Virus record (IMG/VR): IMGVR_UViG_3300046007_009360
Direction: 5' to 3' (one strand)
DNA length: 64,000 bases
Source: an uncultured virus (IMG/VR IMGVR_UViG_3300046007_009360)
Lineage: Duplodnaviria; Heunggongvirae; Uroviricota; Caudoviricetes
Part shown: piece by piece, positions 39,155 through 48,900 of the stretch
Numbering within the stretch: the first letter of the stretch is position 1
Layout: the number at the start of each line of letters is the position of its first letter
The notes under the pieces: model-generated
Told to the model about the DNA's origin: nothing
The model's database searches: none
The model's input: the letters and a program-made list of their open reading frames with translations, nothing else
Made by a program: the position numbers and the translations under genes

Positions 39155-39352
39155 GTGACGGAACTACTCGGCGCAGTTATAAGACTTGTTGGAGGAATAT
39201 TTGAAGCAATTAATAATGTTTTTGGCGCAAAAAATACCAAAGAAATGAAAGAACGTCAACAAGCTCAAAAAGAAGTTGATCATCAAAGTGAAATAGAAAA
39301 AGCAGTCAAGGAGAAAAATCTTGAAGAAGTTCGCAAGCATATTGGTTCTTAA
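39155..39352 (+). CDS. small membrane-anchored coil protein (possible i-spanin)
   Basis: Hydrophobic N-terminus + charged helix; overlaps a lipoprotein gene. Confidence 0.45.
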   Translation: MTELLGAVIRLVGGIFEAINNVFGAKNTKEMKERQQAQKEVDHQSEIEKAVKEKNLEEVRKHIGS

Positions 39353-39737
39353 TTTTTTTCTTGTTGGTTGCGCTACAATAACACCAGATAAAATACAAGA
39401 CAGTACCGCATCTTACGATGCTTCTACGCCAAGTAATTATAATAAAGATAATGGTGGTTTAGTTGCTCTTATAGATAATGGAGCAGTAATTACCTCTCAA
39501 GCAAAAGAACGTTACAATAATTTAATACAAATGTATAAAGTAAAATTTAAAAAAGAAAAAGCTATTGAACTTGTCGAGAATGCTGGAATACAACCATACA
39601 AAGATCGTTATGGAAATGATTTATTTTTAATTGATAATGAGCATCTTGTTTATTTTGGAGTAATGAACTCTTGGCTAAAAGAAAAAGTCCCAGCAGATAA
39701 TATCATAGATAAAACAATAGATAAAATAAATAATTAA
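39321..39737 (+). CDS. lipoprotein (possible o-spanin)
   Basis: MKK...FLVGC lipobox. Confidence 0.55.
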   Translation: MKKFASILVLNFFLVGCATITPDKIQDSTASYDASTPSNYNKDNGGLVALIDNGAVITSQAKERYNNLIQMYKVKFKKEKAIELVENAGIQPYKDRYGNDLFLIDNEHLVYFGVMNSWLKEKVPADNIIDKTIDKINN

Positions 39738-39742
39738 ATAAA

Positions 39743-40393
39743 ATGGGCAGATTAATAATACCTAAAACTAGAGATTATCTATATATAGCTTCTGGAACAG
39801 GACTATCTCCGAATATTAATAGTTTAAAATTTTATGATAGTGGTTTAATTTATAATGGTAAAAAATCTTTTTATAGCGAAGATGGTCAATATGCTATTTG
39901 GTATGTAACATCCCCAGTTGGGATTTGGTTAATAGGATCTATAGCTAATATTGGAACTTTTACTGCAAATGCTTGGGGGAAAGTAGGAGCAACAGATACT
40001 GTAGCTGGATCTTATATAGCTGCTGGAGATAAAGTTGGAACTGTTACAATATCTGAATATAAAAATAAAATTTCTATTAAAAAACAAAATCTTGGTGGTG
40101 GAAAATTAAATCTTCGCCCAAGAGTATATGCATATAAAGCCACTGGCACAGGATTATCTCCAAATATAAATAATTTAAGATTTTATGATACTGGTTTGAC
40201 TTATAATGGCCAAATTAGATATCAAGATGAAACAAATACATATTGGATGATATTTATTTCTATGGCTTGGATAATAGCACCAATTGGTACGACTGGTAGT
40301 TCTGGTTTATTTGTAAAATTTAGTGGAACTCCTGTAGGATCATATTCTGGTACTACTGGTTATTCTGGAACTGTTACAATATCTGCAATTTAA
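39743..40393 (+). CDS. virion protein with internal duplication
   Basis: Two GTGLSPNIN.L.FYD.GL.YNG...GTVTIS units. Confidence 0.65.
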   Translation: MGRLIIPKTRDYLYIASGTGLSPNINSLKFYDSGLIYNGKKSFYSEDGQYAIWYVTSPVGIWLIGSIANIGTFTANAWGKVGATDTVAGSYIAAGDKVGTVTISEYKNKISIKKQNLGGGKLNLRPRVYAYKATGTGLSPNINNLRFYDTGLTYNGQIRYQDETNTYWMIFISMAWIIAPIGTTGSSGLFVKFSGTPVGSYSGTTGYSGTVTISAI

Positions 40394-40395
40394 CT

Positions 40396-41022
40396 ATGCT
40401 TAACGATAAATCCTTAAAACTTATTTTTGATTTTGAAGTTGGTGGCGGCGAAAACTATTACAATAAATTTTTAAAAAATCCAACATGGCCAGGAGAGCAA
40501 AGCGGAGTTACAATCGGAGTAGGTTACGATACTGGATATGTAAATAAAACAGAATTCACTAATGATTGGAAAGATCTTCCTAAAGAAACTTTTGATAGAT
40601 TATACCGCGTTGTTGGAGTCAAAGGTTATCAAGCAAAAGAATTAACCCGAAGATTAAAAGATATAATTATACCTTGGGAATTATCAGTAAAAGTATTTAT
40701 GAATAAAACGGTAAAGAAATTCCATGATCTTACCCGAGGAACTTTTCCTAACTTTGATAAACTTCCAGAAGATGCTAAAGGCGGATTAGTTAGTCTTGTA
40801 TTTAATCGAGGCGCAGCATTAGAAGGAGATCGTCGCCGTGAAATGAAAGCTATTCGTGATATTATGGCAAAGACACAAAATTTTGATCAAAAAACTTTAT
40901 CTTTAATTGCAGATCAGATAAGAAAAATGAAAAGAATATGGATTGGCGGCAGTATAGAAAAAGGTATGAGTCGCAGAAGAGACGCAGAAGCTAAAATAAT
41001 TGAAGAATCTTTTAATGTGTAA
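40396..41022 (+). CDS. lysozyme-like endolysin (pesticin/T4-lysozyme-like muramidase)
   Basis: FEVG...SGVTIGVGYDTG...LVSLVFNRG...GMSRRRDAEA. Confidence 0.8.
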   Translation: MLNDKSLKLIFDFEVGGGENYYNKFLKNPTWPGEQSGVTIGVGYDTGYVNKTEFTNDWKDLPKETFDRLYRVVGVKGYQAKELTRRLKDIIIPWELSVKVFMNKTVKKFHDLTRGTFPNFDKLPEDAKGGLVSLVFNRGAALEGDRRREMKAIRDIMAKTQNFDQKTLSLIADQIRKMKRIWIGGSIEKGMSRRRDAEAKIIEESFNV

Positions 41023-41034
41023 TTATAATACTAT

Positions 41035-41187
41035 ATGAAGAAATTAGTATTAATATTACCTTTATTTTTATTAATTAGTTGCTCCGAACCAAATTATGAA
41101 AGCAGAGAGTTACCCACGAAATACCCTGATACCCCAACTAGTGGTTCAGCCTACGATGTTACAAAAGAGCTTTACGGCGATAAATAA
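41035..41187 (+). CDS. 50-aa lipoprotein
   Basis: Hand-translated MKKLVLILPLFLLISC...; GTGTAAT upstream. Confidence 0.6.
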   Translation: MKKLVLILPLFLLISCSEPNYESRELPTKYPDTPTSGSAYDVTKELYGDK

Positions 41188-41248
41188 TTAAAATTAATTA
41201 AAATAATATATTTAAGTGTAATATTAGTATAATATTAATTAAAGATAT

Positions 41249-41839
41249 ATGACTTACGATCCAGAAAAATATGGCATAGAAAATAATGCCAAAAGAAAAG
41301 GTCCTAAATCTGCTGCTCAAACTCCTGCAAAACCATCTGAAAGACGCAAAGGATCATCTCGTAATAAACCAGGAAGCGCAGGTACAAAAAGTGATAAAGC
41401 TATAGAATTTTCTAAAAAAGTAATTGAAGCTCTTAAAAATAAAGTCAAAGAACATAATAGTAAAAATAAAAAGAAAGTTACCCTTGGCCAATTAAAAAAA
41501 GTATACCGTCGTGGTGCAGGCGCATTTTCTTCTTCTCACAGACCAGGAATGAGTCGTGGTGGCTGGGCTATGGCGCGCGTAAATATGTTTCTAAAAATGG
41601 TAGGTGGTGGCAAAGTAAAAGATTCTTATAGAAAAGCTGATAGTGATATTGCAAGAGCCTCAGTTTCTGACTATGAAGTAGAAGTTAATTTCGAACCAGA
41701 TGATGAAGATTTTGCTCAAGCACAAGAAGATTTAAAAAATTATGATTTAAATGATTTTGAATTTAATGATATTAATGAATTATATCTCGATGATGAAGAA
41801 GATGGTGTAATATTTGGTTACGGAAGATTTGAAATATGA
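41249..41839 (+). CDS. basic head-associated protein with DUF5824-like motif
   Basis: LKKVYRRGAGAFSSSHRPG...WAMARVNMFL; acidic C-terminus. Confidence 0.6.
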   Translation: MTYDPEKYGIENNAKRKGPKSAAQTPAKPSERRKGSSRNKPGSAGTKSDKAIEFSKKVIEALKNKVKEHNSKNKKKVTLGQLKKVYRRGAGAFSSSHRPGMSRGGWAMARVNMFLKMVGGGKVKDSYRKADSDIARASVSDYEVEVNFEPDDEDFAQAQEDLKNYDLNDFEFNDINELYLDDEEDGVIFGYGRFEI

Positions 41840-43416
41840 AAAAACAAAAATTTAAATTTGAATCAGCTTTTGCAAATATTAAAATTCGTCCAGTAGTAAG
41901 CGAAGAAAAAGATAAATATCTTTCCGTTGCTTCTCTTGACAAATTGAGAAAATTTTTACCAGAAATCAATACAGAAGATAATGTTGATCTTCTCCCAGTA
42001 GCTTTTGATGCTTGTGTTGTAAATCGCGTTAATAAAAATGGCGATGTAATTGATGGCGAAACTGCTGCCAAAATAGCTAAACTTTTTGTTAATAAACCAA
42101 TTAACATTGAACATAATCGCGGTCAAGTAATTGGATGTATTCTTTCGTCTAATTTTAGTAAATTTGGCACAAACGAGAGTCTTGCTGAAGCTGACGTAAA
42201 ATCAATGAAAACTCCATTTAATATTACTCTTGGTGGTGTTATTTGGAAAGTAGTTAATCGTGATCTTGCAGATCAAATAGAAGAATCTAACGATCCAACT
42301 AGTGATAATTATATGACAATTTCTGCTTCTTGGGAACTTGGATTTAATGATTTTAATATTGTTGTATTAGAAAATGGTGAAAAAAATATTGAAAATGGCA
42401 CAATTATTTCTGACGCTAATCAAATAGATAAATTAAAAGATAATCTAAGGGGTTTTGGCGGATCAGGAAAACTAGGTGATGATAGATATGTATATAGACA
42501 AGTTTTGGGTAAAGTAGTACCTCTAGGTATTGGATTTACGTTAAATCCAGCCGCTGATGTTCAAGGCGTTGCAACGCCACCAGAAGAGCCTATTAAAATT
42601 GAATTAAAAGTCAATAAAAGCTCTGAAGAAACAGAAGCAAATGAGGAAAAAGAAGTGGAATTAGTCCAAGAGCCTGTTCTTGCTTCTGAAAATACTGTTT
42701 CCCAAGAAGAAAAATTAGATGTAAAAAAAGAGAGGATATATATGAAAATAACCAAAATTGAAGATATTACAGATTCTCTTCTTAAAGAAGCAACAGCCAG
42801 TTCAATAGTTGAATTTGTTGCAGAAGAAATCAAAAAAGCTAATGAAACTTTCTTGGCAGAGAAATCTGCTAAAGAAAATGAATTAAAAGCTGCTAATGAA
42901 AAAATTGCTGCAGTAGAGACAGAGCACGAAGCAGTTAAGAAACAAGTAATTGAATTAACTGAAAAATTAGCAACAATCGAAGCTGAAAAAGAAGCAAAAG
43001 CTAAAGAAGAAGCATTCAGCATGAGAATGGCAGCTTTAGACGAAGAATTCGATCTAGACGAAGAAGATCGTAAAGTAATCGCTTCTGATATTAAAGATTT
43101 GAACGAAGAAACTTTTTCTGCTTATAAGAACAAAATGTCTGTTCTTATGAAAGAAAAAAATAAAGCTTACAAAAAAGCTATGGCCGAAAAGATGCAAAAG
43201 GAAAAAGAAATGGCTCAAAAAGCTATGCAAGCTTCCGAAGTAAAAGCATCTGAGGCTCCAGTTGCAGAAACAACTCAAGAGGTTGTTGAGCAAGCTGTAG
43301 ATAATGGCGCAAAAGCTTCAACAGAAATTCCAAATTCTGCACCAGCCGCACAGCCAAGCGTAAAAGAAAAATACGCAGCAGCTTTCGGTTTGGACGGATT
43401 TGAATTAATTAAATAA
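41836..43416 (+). CDS. prohead protease-scaffold protein
   Basis: VNKNGD...KPINIEH...IG...SASWE protease-like N-terminus plus long E/K/A coiled coil; upstream of capsid genes. Confidence 0.75.
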   Translation: MKKQKFKFESAFANIKIRPVVSEEKDKYLSVASLDKLRKFLPEINTEDNVDLLPVAFDACVVNRVNKNGDVIDGETAAKIAKLFVNKPINIEHNRGQVIGCILSSNFSKFGTNESLAEADVKSMKTPFNITLGGVIWKVVNRDLADQIEESNDPTSDNYMTISASWELGFNDFNIVVLENGEKNIENGTIISDANQIDKLKDNLRGFGGSGKLGDDRYVYRQVLGKVVPLGIGFTLNPAADVQGVATPPEEPIKIELKVNKSSEETEANEEKEVELVQEPVLASENTVSQEEKLDVKKERIYMKITKIEDITDSLLKEATASSIVEFVAEEIKKANETFLAEKSAKENELKAANEKIAAVETEHEAVKKQVIELTEKLATIEAEKEAKAKEEAFSMRMAALDEEFDLDEEDRKVIASDIKDLNEETFSAYKNKMSVLMKEKNKAYKKAMAEKMQKEKEMAQKAMQASEVKASEAPVAETTQEVVEQAVDNGAKASTEIPNSAPAAQPSVKEKYAAAFGLDGFELIK

Positions 43417-43435
43417 TAAACAAGGAGAAACTAAT

Positions 43436-44014
43436 ATGGCACATACATTAAGACCATTCAGGGATTATAGTGAACATGAAGTACTCAATCTTTTTGCTTA
43501 TAGCGGTGCTGCCGAAAGCAGTTCTGTTATTGTAACAAAAGGTGCTGCAGTTAAACTATCCGCTGAAGGATTCACAGTTGGACCAACAAGCTCCAGTGCA
43601 AATCAACCAATTGATTTGCTAGGACCAGTTGGCGCAACATTCCCTCTTTCCGATTCTCAAAGATTCGGAGTAAGACCAAAAGTTACTCTAGCTACATCTG
43701 GTGATGTACTAGGATTAACTCTTCTAGATGTTCGCGAACTAGATGAAAATGGTGAAAAACTAATTTTCAATCCACGTAAAGCCGCTGAAATGAACGTAGT
43801 TATATCTGGACAAGCTGTTCCAGTACTAACTCGTGGCGTAGTACTTTATAGTGGTTCTACTATTGCAAATGCAACAGCCGGACAATACGCTGTAGTTAGT
43901 GGTACTGTTGGTGATTTAGCCAATACATCCACTCTAAGAACTAACGAAGTTGCAGTTGGAAGATTCCTTGGAAATGCAGTATCTAATACTGCTCTTCTAA
44001 AGATCACCCTCTAA
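43436..44014 (+). CDS. capsid decoration/cement protein
   Basis: Between scaffold and MCP; strong SD AAGGAG; small-residue-rich. Confidence 0.6.
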   Translation: MAHTLRPFRDYSEHEVLNLFAYSGAAESSSVIVTKGAAVKLSAEGFTVGPTSSSANQPIDLLGPVGATFPLSDSQRFGVRPKVTLATSGDVLGLTLLDVRELDENGEKLIFNPRKAAEMNVVISGQAVPVLTRGVVLYSGSTIANATAGQYAVVSGTVGDLANTSTLRTNEVAVGRFLGNAVSNTALLKITL

Positions 44015-44037
44015 TTTCGTAAAGGAGAAAATTTAAA

Positions 44038-45123
44038 ATGAAATTAAGACTAAAAAATACTCCAGAGCAAATCGAGCTTGTAAAAGCTATGGGCAGCCGT
44101 GATAATACAGTTGCCGCTGAAGCCAATCAAGCTTTTGCCGCTTTCCTAGGACCAGTCGTAGCAAAGGTTCTAATGCAAGCTGCAACCGCCTCTGCTATCT
44201 ATACAGATCTTCCTTACGACGAAGATGATCGTCCTTCTATCCCTCTCGACCTATGGTATGATGGTGGTGAAGGTTATGTAACTACATGGTCACAAAGCGT
44301 AGCCGGTGGTCTTCCAACTTCAACAGTTGAAGGTTTCGCCGAAATGAAAGTTGCAACCTATCGTTTAGATAGTGCTGTCAGCTTCCTAAAGCGCTATGCT
44401 CGTCGTGGTCGTCTCGACGTAGTTAGTAAAGCCGTAGAGCGTATGGCCAATGAAGTTCTTGTAAAACAAGAACGTAATGCTTGGGCAGTAGCTCTAAAAA
44501 CTCTTGCTGAAAGTGGCAATGTTCTAGATCAAAATGTAACAACTGTTTCATTTACTCTAGACATGTTAAATGCACTAATGACTCAAGTTAAAAGAATCAA
44601 TAGATCTTATGCTGGTGGTACAACCACAGACGCATATGGTCTAACAGATATCTTTGTTAGCCCAGAAGTCAAGCAAGACATTCGTGCTTTTGCTTATCAA
44701 CCAGTTGCTATTACTAGTACAACTGACACTGTTCCAGTTAACAATGGAGTTCAAACACTAACAAATCTACCAGATGGTGTTCGTGAAGAAATCTATCGTG
44801 CCGCTGGTACACAAGAGATTTATGGTGTTGCTATCCATGATCTCATCGAACTTGGCGGTGGCCAAAAGTATAATTCTCTCTTTAAAGAGTTTTATGCTGG
44901 TACATTTACCGCTTCTAGTGACGAACTAATTGTTGGCTTGGATTTAACCAAGGACGCTTTTGTTCGCCCAGTAGCTCGCCAAGCAGAATCCGGTGGAACA
45001 TTCACCGCTCTTCCAGACGATCAATTCGTAGCTCGTTCCGAGAAAATCGGCTTCTACGGATTCCTCGAAGAAGGACGCGCTTGCGTTGATTCTCGTGCAG
45101 TTCATGGTCTAGTAATTCGCTAA
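44038..45123 (+). CDS. major capsid protein
   Basis: 361 aa, strong SD, highly biased codons, terminator downstream, HK97-like C-terminal IGFYGFLEEG. Confidence 0.8.
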   Translation: MKLRLKNTPEQIELVKAMGSRDNTVAAEANQAFAAFLGPVVAKVLMQAATASAIYTDLPYDEDDRPSIPLDLWYDGGEGYVTTWSQSVAGGLPTSTVEGFAEMKVATYRLDSAVSFLKRYARRGRLDVVSKAVERMANEVLVKQERNAWAVALKTLAESGNVLDQNVTTVSFTLDMLNALMTQVKRINRSYAGGTTTDAYGLTDIFVSPEVKQDIRAFAYQPVAITSTTDTVPVNNGVQTLTNLPDGVREEIYRAAGTQEIYGVAIHDLIELGGGQKYNSLFKEFYAGTFTASSDELIVGLDLTKDAFVRPVARQAESGGTFTALPDDQFVARSEKIGFYGFLEEGRACVDSRAVHGLVIR

Positions 45124-45143
45124 TTAACGATATTACTTAACTT

Positions 45144-45185
45144 AAGAAACCCACGGATTAATAGTCCGTGGGTTTTCTTTTTTTT
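45144..45185 (+). terminator. intrinsic terminator
   Basis: AAACCCACGGA-TTAATAG-TCCGTGGGTTT + T run. Confidence 0.85.
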
Positions 45186-45240
45186 AGACATCTTTATATT
45201 TTATCAATATAATCTATTAACAGGAGATATAATATATATT

Positions 45241-45585
45241 ATGCCACGCAAAAAATCAAAATTAGATAATCTTAACCAAACTCATGGTAAAGTAGAAAAT
45301 CGCAAAGTAACATTAGATCAAATTTGGGGCGATGATGGTAAGAGAAAGTACGGAACTCTTGATCCAGTCGAATATGATGAATATTTAAGAGGTCTCTCAA
45401 AGAGTGATTTACAAGCTCATGCAGTTAAGATTGGCCTTATTCCAATTGATGATCGCGATACATTAAGAAAAAGATTAAAACAAGAATTTGTAAAATACGC
45501 TTCTCAATATAATGTTAGGCCAGATAGTAAAAGTAATAAACCAGTATCAAAAACTGCTCGCGACATTCTTTCAGAAGGCAGATAA
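45241..45585 (+). CDS. hypothetical protein
   Basis: ORF with SD. Confidence 0.7.
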   Translation: MPRKKSKLDNLNQTHGKVENRKVTLDQIWGDDGKRKYGTLDPVEYDEYLRGLSKSDLQAHAVKIGLIPIDDRDTLRKRLKQEFVKYASQYNVRPDSKSNKPVSKTARDILSEGR

Positions 45586-45635
45586 AATTTAAAAAATAAT
45601 TCGCTATAAAAGTGTAGCCGTGTAATATTTATTAT

Positions 45636-45980
45636 ATGGCTACCTTTTATAATTTTACTGGATATCAAGGCGATTACATACAACTTACATTAAATGTGGT
45701 TAGTTCTAGCGGAACACCAATAAGTTTTAGCGGTTATGATGTAAGAGGTCAAGTTCGCGCTGATTATGGTTCAACTGGAATTTTATTAAATTTAAATCCT
45801 ATCGTAAATGTTTATAGTGGAAATGCATCATCTATAAGCATAGATTCTTATGTTTCGCAAGATGTTCCTGTAGGTGATTTTGTATATGATGTAGAAAGAT
45901 TTCCTTCTGGCATTCCTACGGGAAATAGTATCAAATTATTAAGAGGTATAATTTCTATATTACCAGAAGTAACGAGATAA
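45636..45980 (+). CDS. virion protein (BppU-like N-terminal adaptor)
   Basis: QGD...GQVR...YDVE...LLRG.I...PEVTR pattern preceding fibre genes. Confidence 0.6.
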   Translation: MATFYNFTGYQGDYIQLTLNVVSSSGTPISFSGYDVRGQVRADYGSTGILLNLNPIVNVYSGNASSISIDSYVSQDVPVGDFVYDVERFPSGIPTGNSIKLLRGIISILPEVTR

Positions 45981-45984
45981 GATT

Positions 45985-48900
45985 ATGGCAGACATAAATG
46001 TTAATGTGGTTTTGCCAGATCCAATTAGCGTTGATGTAACATCGCCAACGCAAGCATTAGCTACGAATGTTTCAGTTCCTGGTCCTCAAGGCCCAGCAGG
46101 ACCAAGAGGTTTTACTCCATTAATTAATGGTGTAACTGGTGATTCAATTTTATTTTCTGGTCAAAACGGTATTATAATTTCTTCTGATCAATCTATTAGT
46201 ACAATATTCTTTTCTGGTAATAGTGGATATTTTCAATTAGCAGTAAATAATTTAACAACTAATTTAGAGAGTACAGGAAGTAATCTTTATATACTATTAA
46301 CAGGTTTTAGCGGCAACTTAGATAGTAATTACGCAACAGATCTTCAACTATATACTACTGGTTCTACACTTGATACTAAAGTTAATTTTTTAAGTGGTTA
46401 TATAAATAGTTCAAGTAGTAATATTCTTTTTACAACTGGAAATCAAATTAAAAGTGGTCGTTTAGTAATTGGTGATACTATATTAGATATAACTAATCCA
46501 TATACATTAAGTCTCCAATCTAATAATCAAGATACATTTTTAGAAATTTTAAATAGTGGTGGATCAGGTAAGGGTATGTTTTGTGGAATAAATAATAATG
46601 ATTTTGAACAATATAATTGGCAAGGTGGAGATATATTATTTTTTACAGCAGAAAATCCAAGTGAAGGATATGAAAGATTAAGAATAAAAAATAATGGTAA
46701 AATTGGTATAGGCACAAGTTCTCCATCTGAAAAATTAGAAGTAAATGGAAATGTAAAAGCAAGCGGCGCAAGTTTTGACAATCGCCCAACCGTAAATGGT
46801 ACAGGAGTTCTTCTTAGTGGCGAAGCAGCTGGACTACCAACCACAATTGTTTACACTACTGGAGATCAAACTATAAGCGGAATTAAAACTTTTAATGTAG
46901 CACCAGTCATTAGTGGAAATCCATTTATTACTGGTAATTTATCTCTTTATGCAACAACAATAAATTTAGCAACTACTGGATCTACGCTCGATATAAAAAT
47001 TAATAATTTGAGTGGCTACGTTAATTCACAAGACGTATCAATTTCAAATAATTTAACATCTACTGGCGCTACATTAATTAATAATTTATTTAATACAGGT
47101 TCTACATTAAATACAAAGATTAATGATTTAAGTGGTTATATTAATACTCAAGATACTGCAATATCAAATAATCTAAGAACTACAGGTAGCACACTAGACA
47201 ACAAAATAAATTCACTTAGTGGCAGTTCAGTTTTACTTTATGGAAATCAAAGCATTGGTGGAGTTAAAACTTTTAGAGATAATGTTTACATTAATAATCT
47301 TTTTGTTACTGGAACTGAAACTATTGTTAGTACTAATAATTTTAATGTTCAAAGTCCTTATATTCTTTTGAATCTCACTGGTGGCGCAGTTGATGGTGGA
47401 ATTTTCTTTGTTACTGGAAGTGGATTTACTGGACTAAATGATAGTGGTCCAATTATTGGTTTTGATCATAGTAAAAGTTTTAAATTTGGAATTAGCACAA
47501 GAAATAGTGATCTCTCAACTTTACCTGATATTGCATCTGTTCAACAAATTGAAGCTTATAGTGGAGTTGCAAATAATACATTTAGCACAATAACTAATTT
47601 ATATAATACAGGAAGTACGTTAGACAGTAAAATTAATAGTCTAAGTGGATCAGCGGTTTTACTTTATGGCAATCAAAATATAAATGGAAATAAGAGTTTT
47701 TATGGCGATATACTTCTTAGTGGAACTAATAATAGAATAGGAAAAAATCATTATCTTCAGACTGATAGCGATTTTGTTTTCATAAAAGATGCAGGTAATG
47801 GTTTAATATTTAGTTCAGAAGAATATCTTTTTCAAGATATTAATAATGTTACATCACTCGAATTTGGCGGCAGACTATTAAAAGATAGTAATGCAACGAC
47901 TTCTATTTCTTGGGAAGAAAGATATTTATCTAATGAAGTTGGAGCATTAGTTTTAACTTGGACAGGTGATAATATAGGCATTGGCACAAATACTCCCTCT
48001 GAAAAATTAGAAGTAAATGGCAATATTAAATTTGGTGATGTTATAAATGGTTATTCTGCTAAGTTTATAATGTGGGACCCTGCAAATGCCGTATATAATA
48101 CTGGGGATTGGTATGATAGCCAACTTACATTAACGGATTCTGCAAATAATAAATCTATAGCATTAAATTTCTATGGAGATACAAACTCTCTAATATCTAA
48201 TGGTTCAATACTTAGACTTCCTTCTGGTAAAGATGATTTTATCGCAATGGATAGCGAAGTTGTTCATAAAACTGGAAATGAAATAATAAGTGGTACTAAA
48301 ATTTTTAATGAAAATATATCTGGAGCTTTTATATCGGGAACTTATATAAACGCGGGGTTAACTTCTGCGTGGGATAGTGGTCCAAGAAATGGATACTTTT
48401 TAGGAAATGGTCATTCAATTCGAGCCGTAGACACAAGTAATGGTATTGGATTTTATTCTGCTTCAAATGCATATCCAAGATTTTTAATGGCAGCTTCTAC
48501 GTTAAGGATGGGAGCTAATGGAGCTCTTTTATGGAATTCAACAAATGATGTTGTAACACCAACTTCTACAACTGACGTTGGAATTTATAGAGATGCTGCA
48601 AATATTTTAGCTCAACGTAACGGAACAAACGCTCAACAACTCAGAATATATAATTCAACTGGCATAAATTCTGGCGAGTTTGGTTTGTTTGGGTGGCAAA
48701 ATAATGAATTAGTAATTGGAGCACGAAATACTAATAGTGGAATATTGAGATCTTTAGTAATTACTGGCGATAGTATAAGTTATAGTGGAAAAATATTAAC
48801 TATTGCACATGCGAATGCTGGATTCTTTATGGATGCTACTGGACCAACAATTCGAGGAAATCATTGGGGTGCGGGGGATGCAGGATTTATTAAGTATAGA

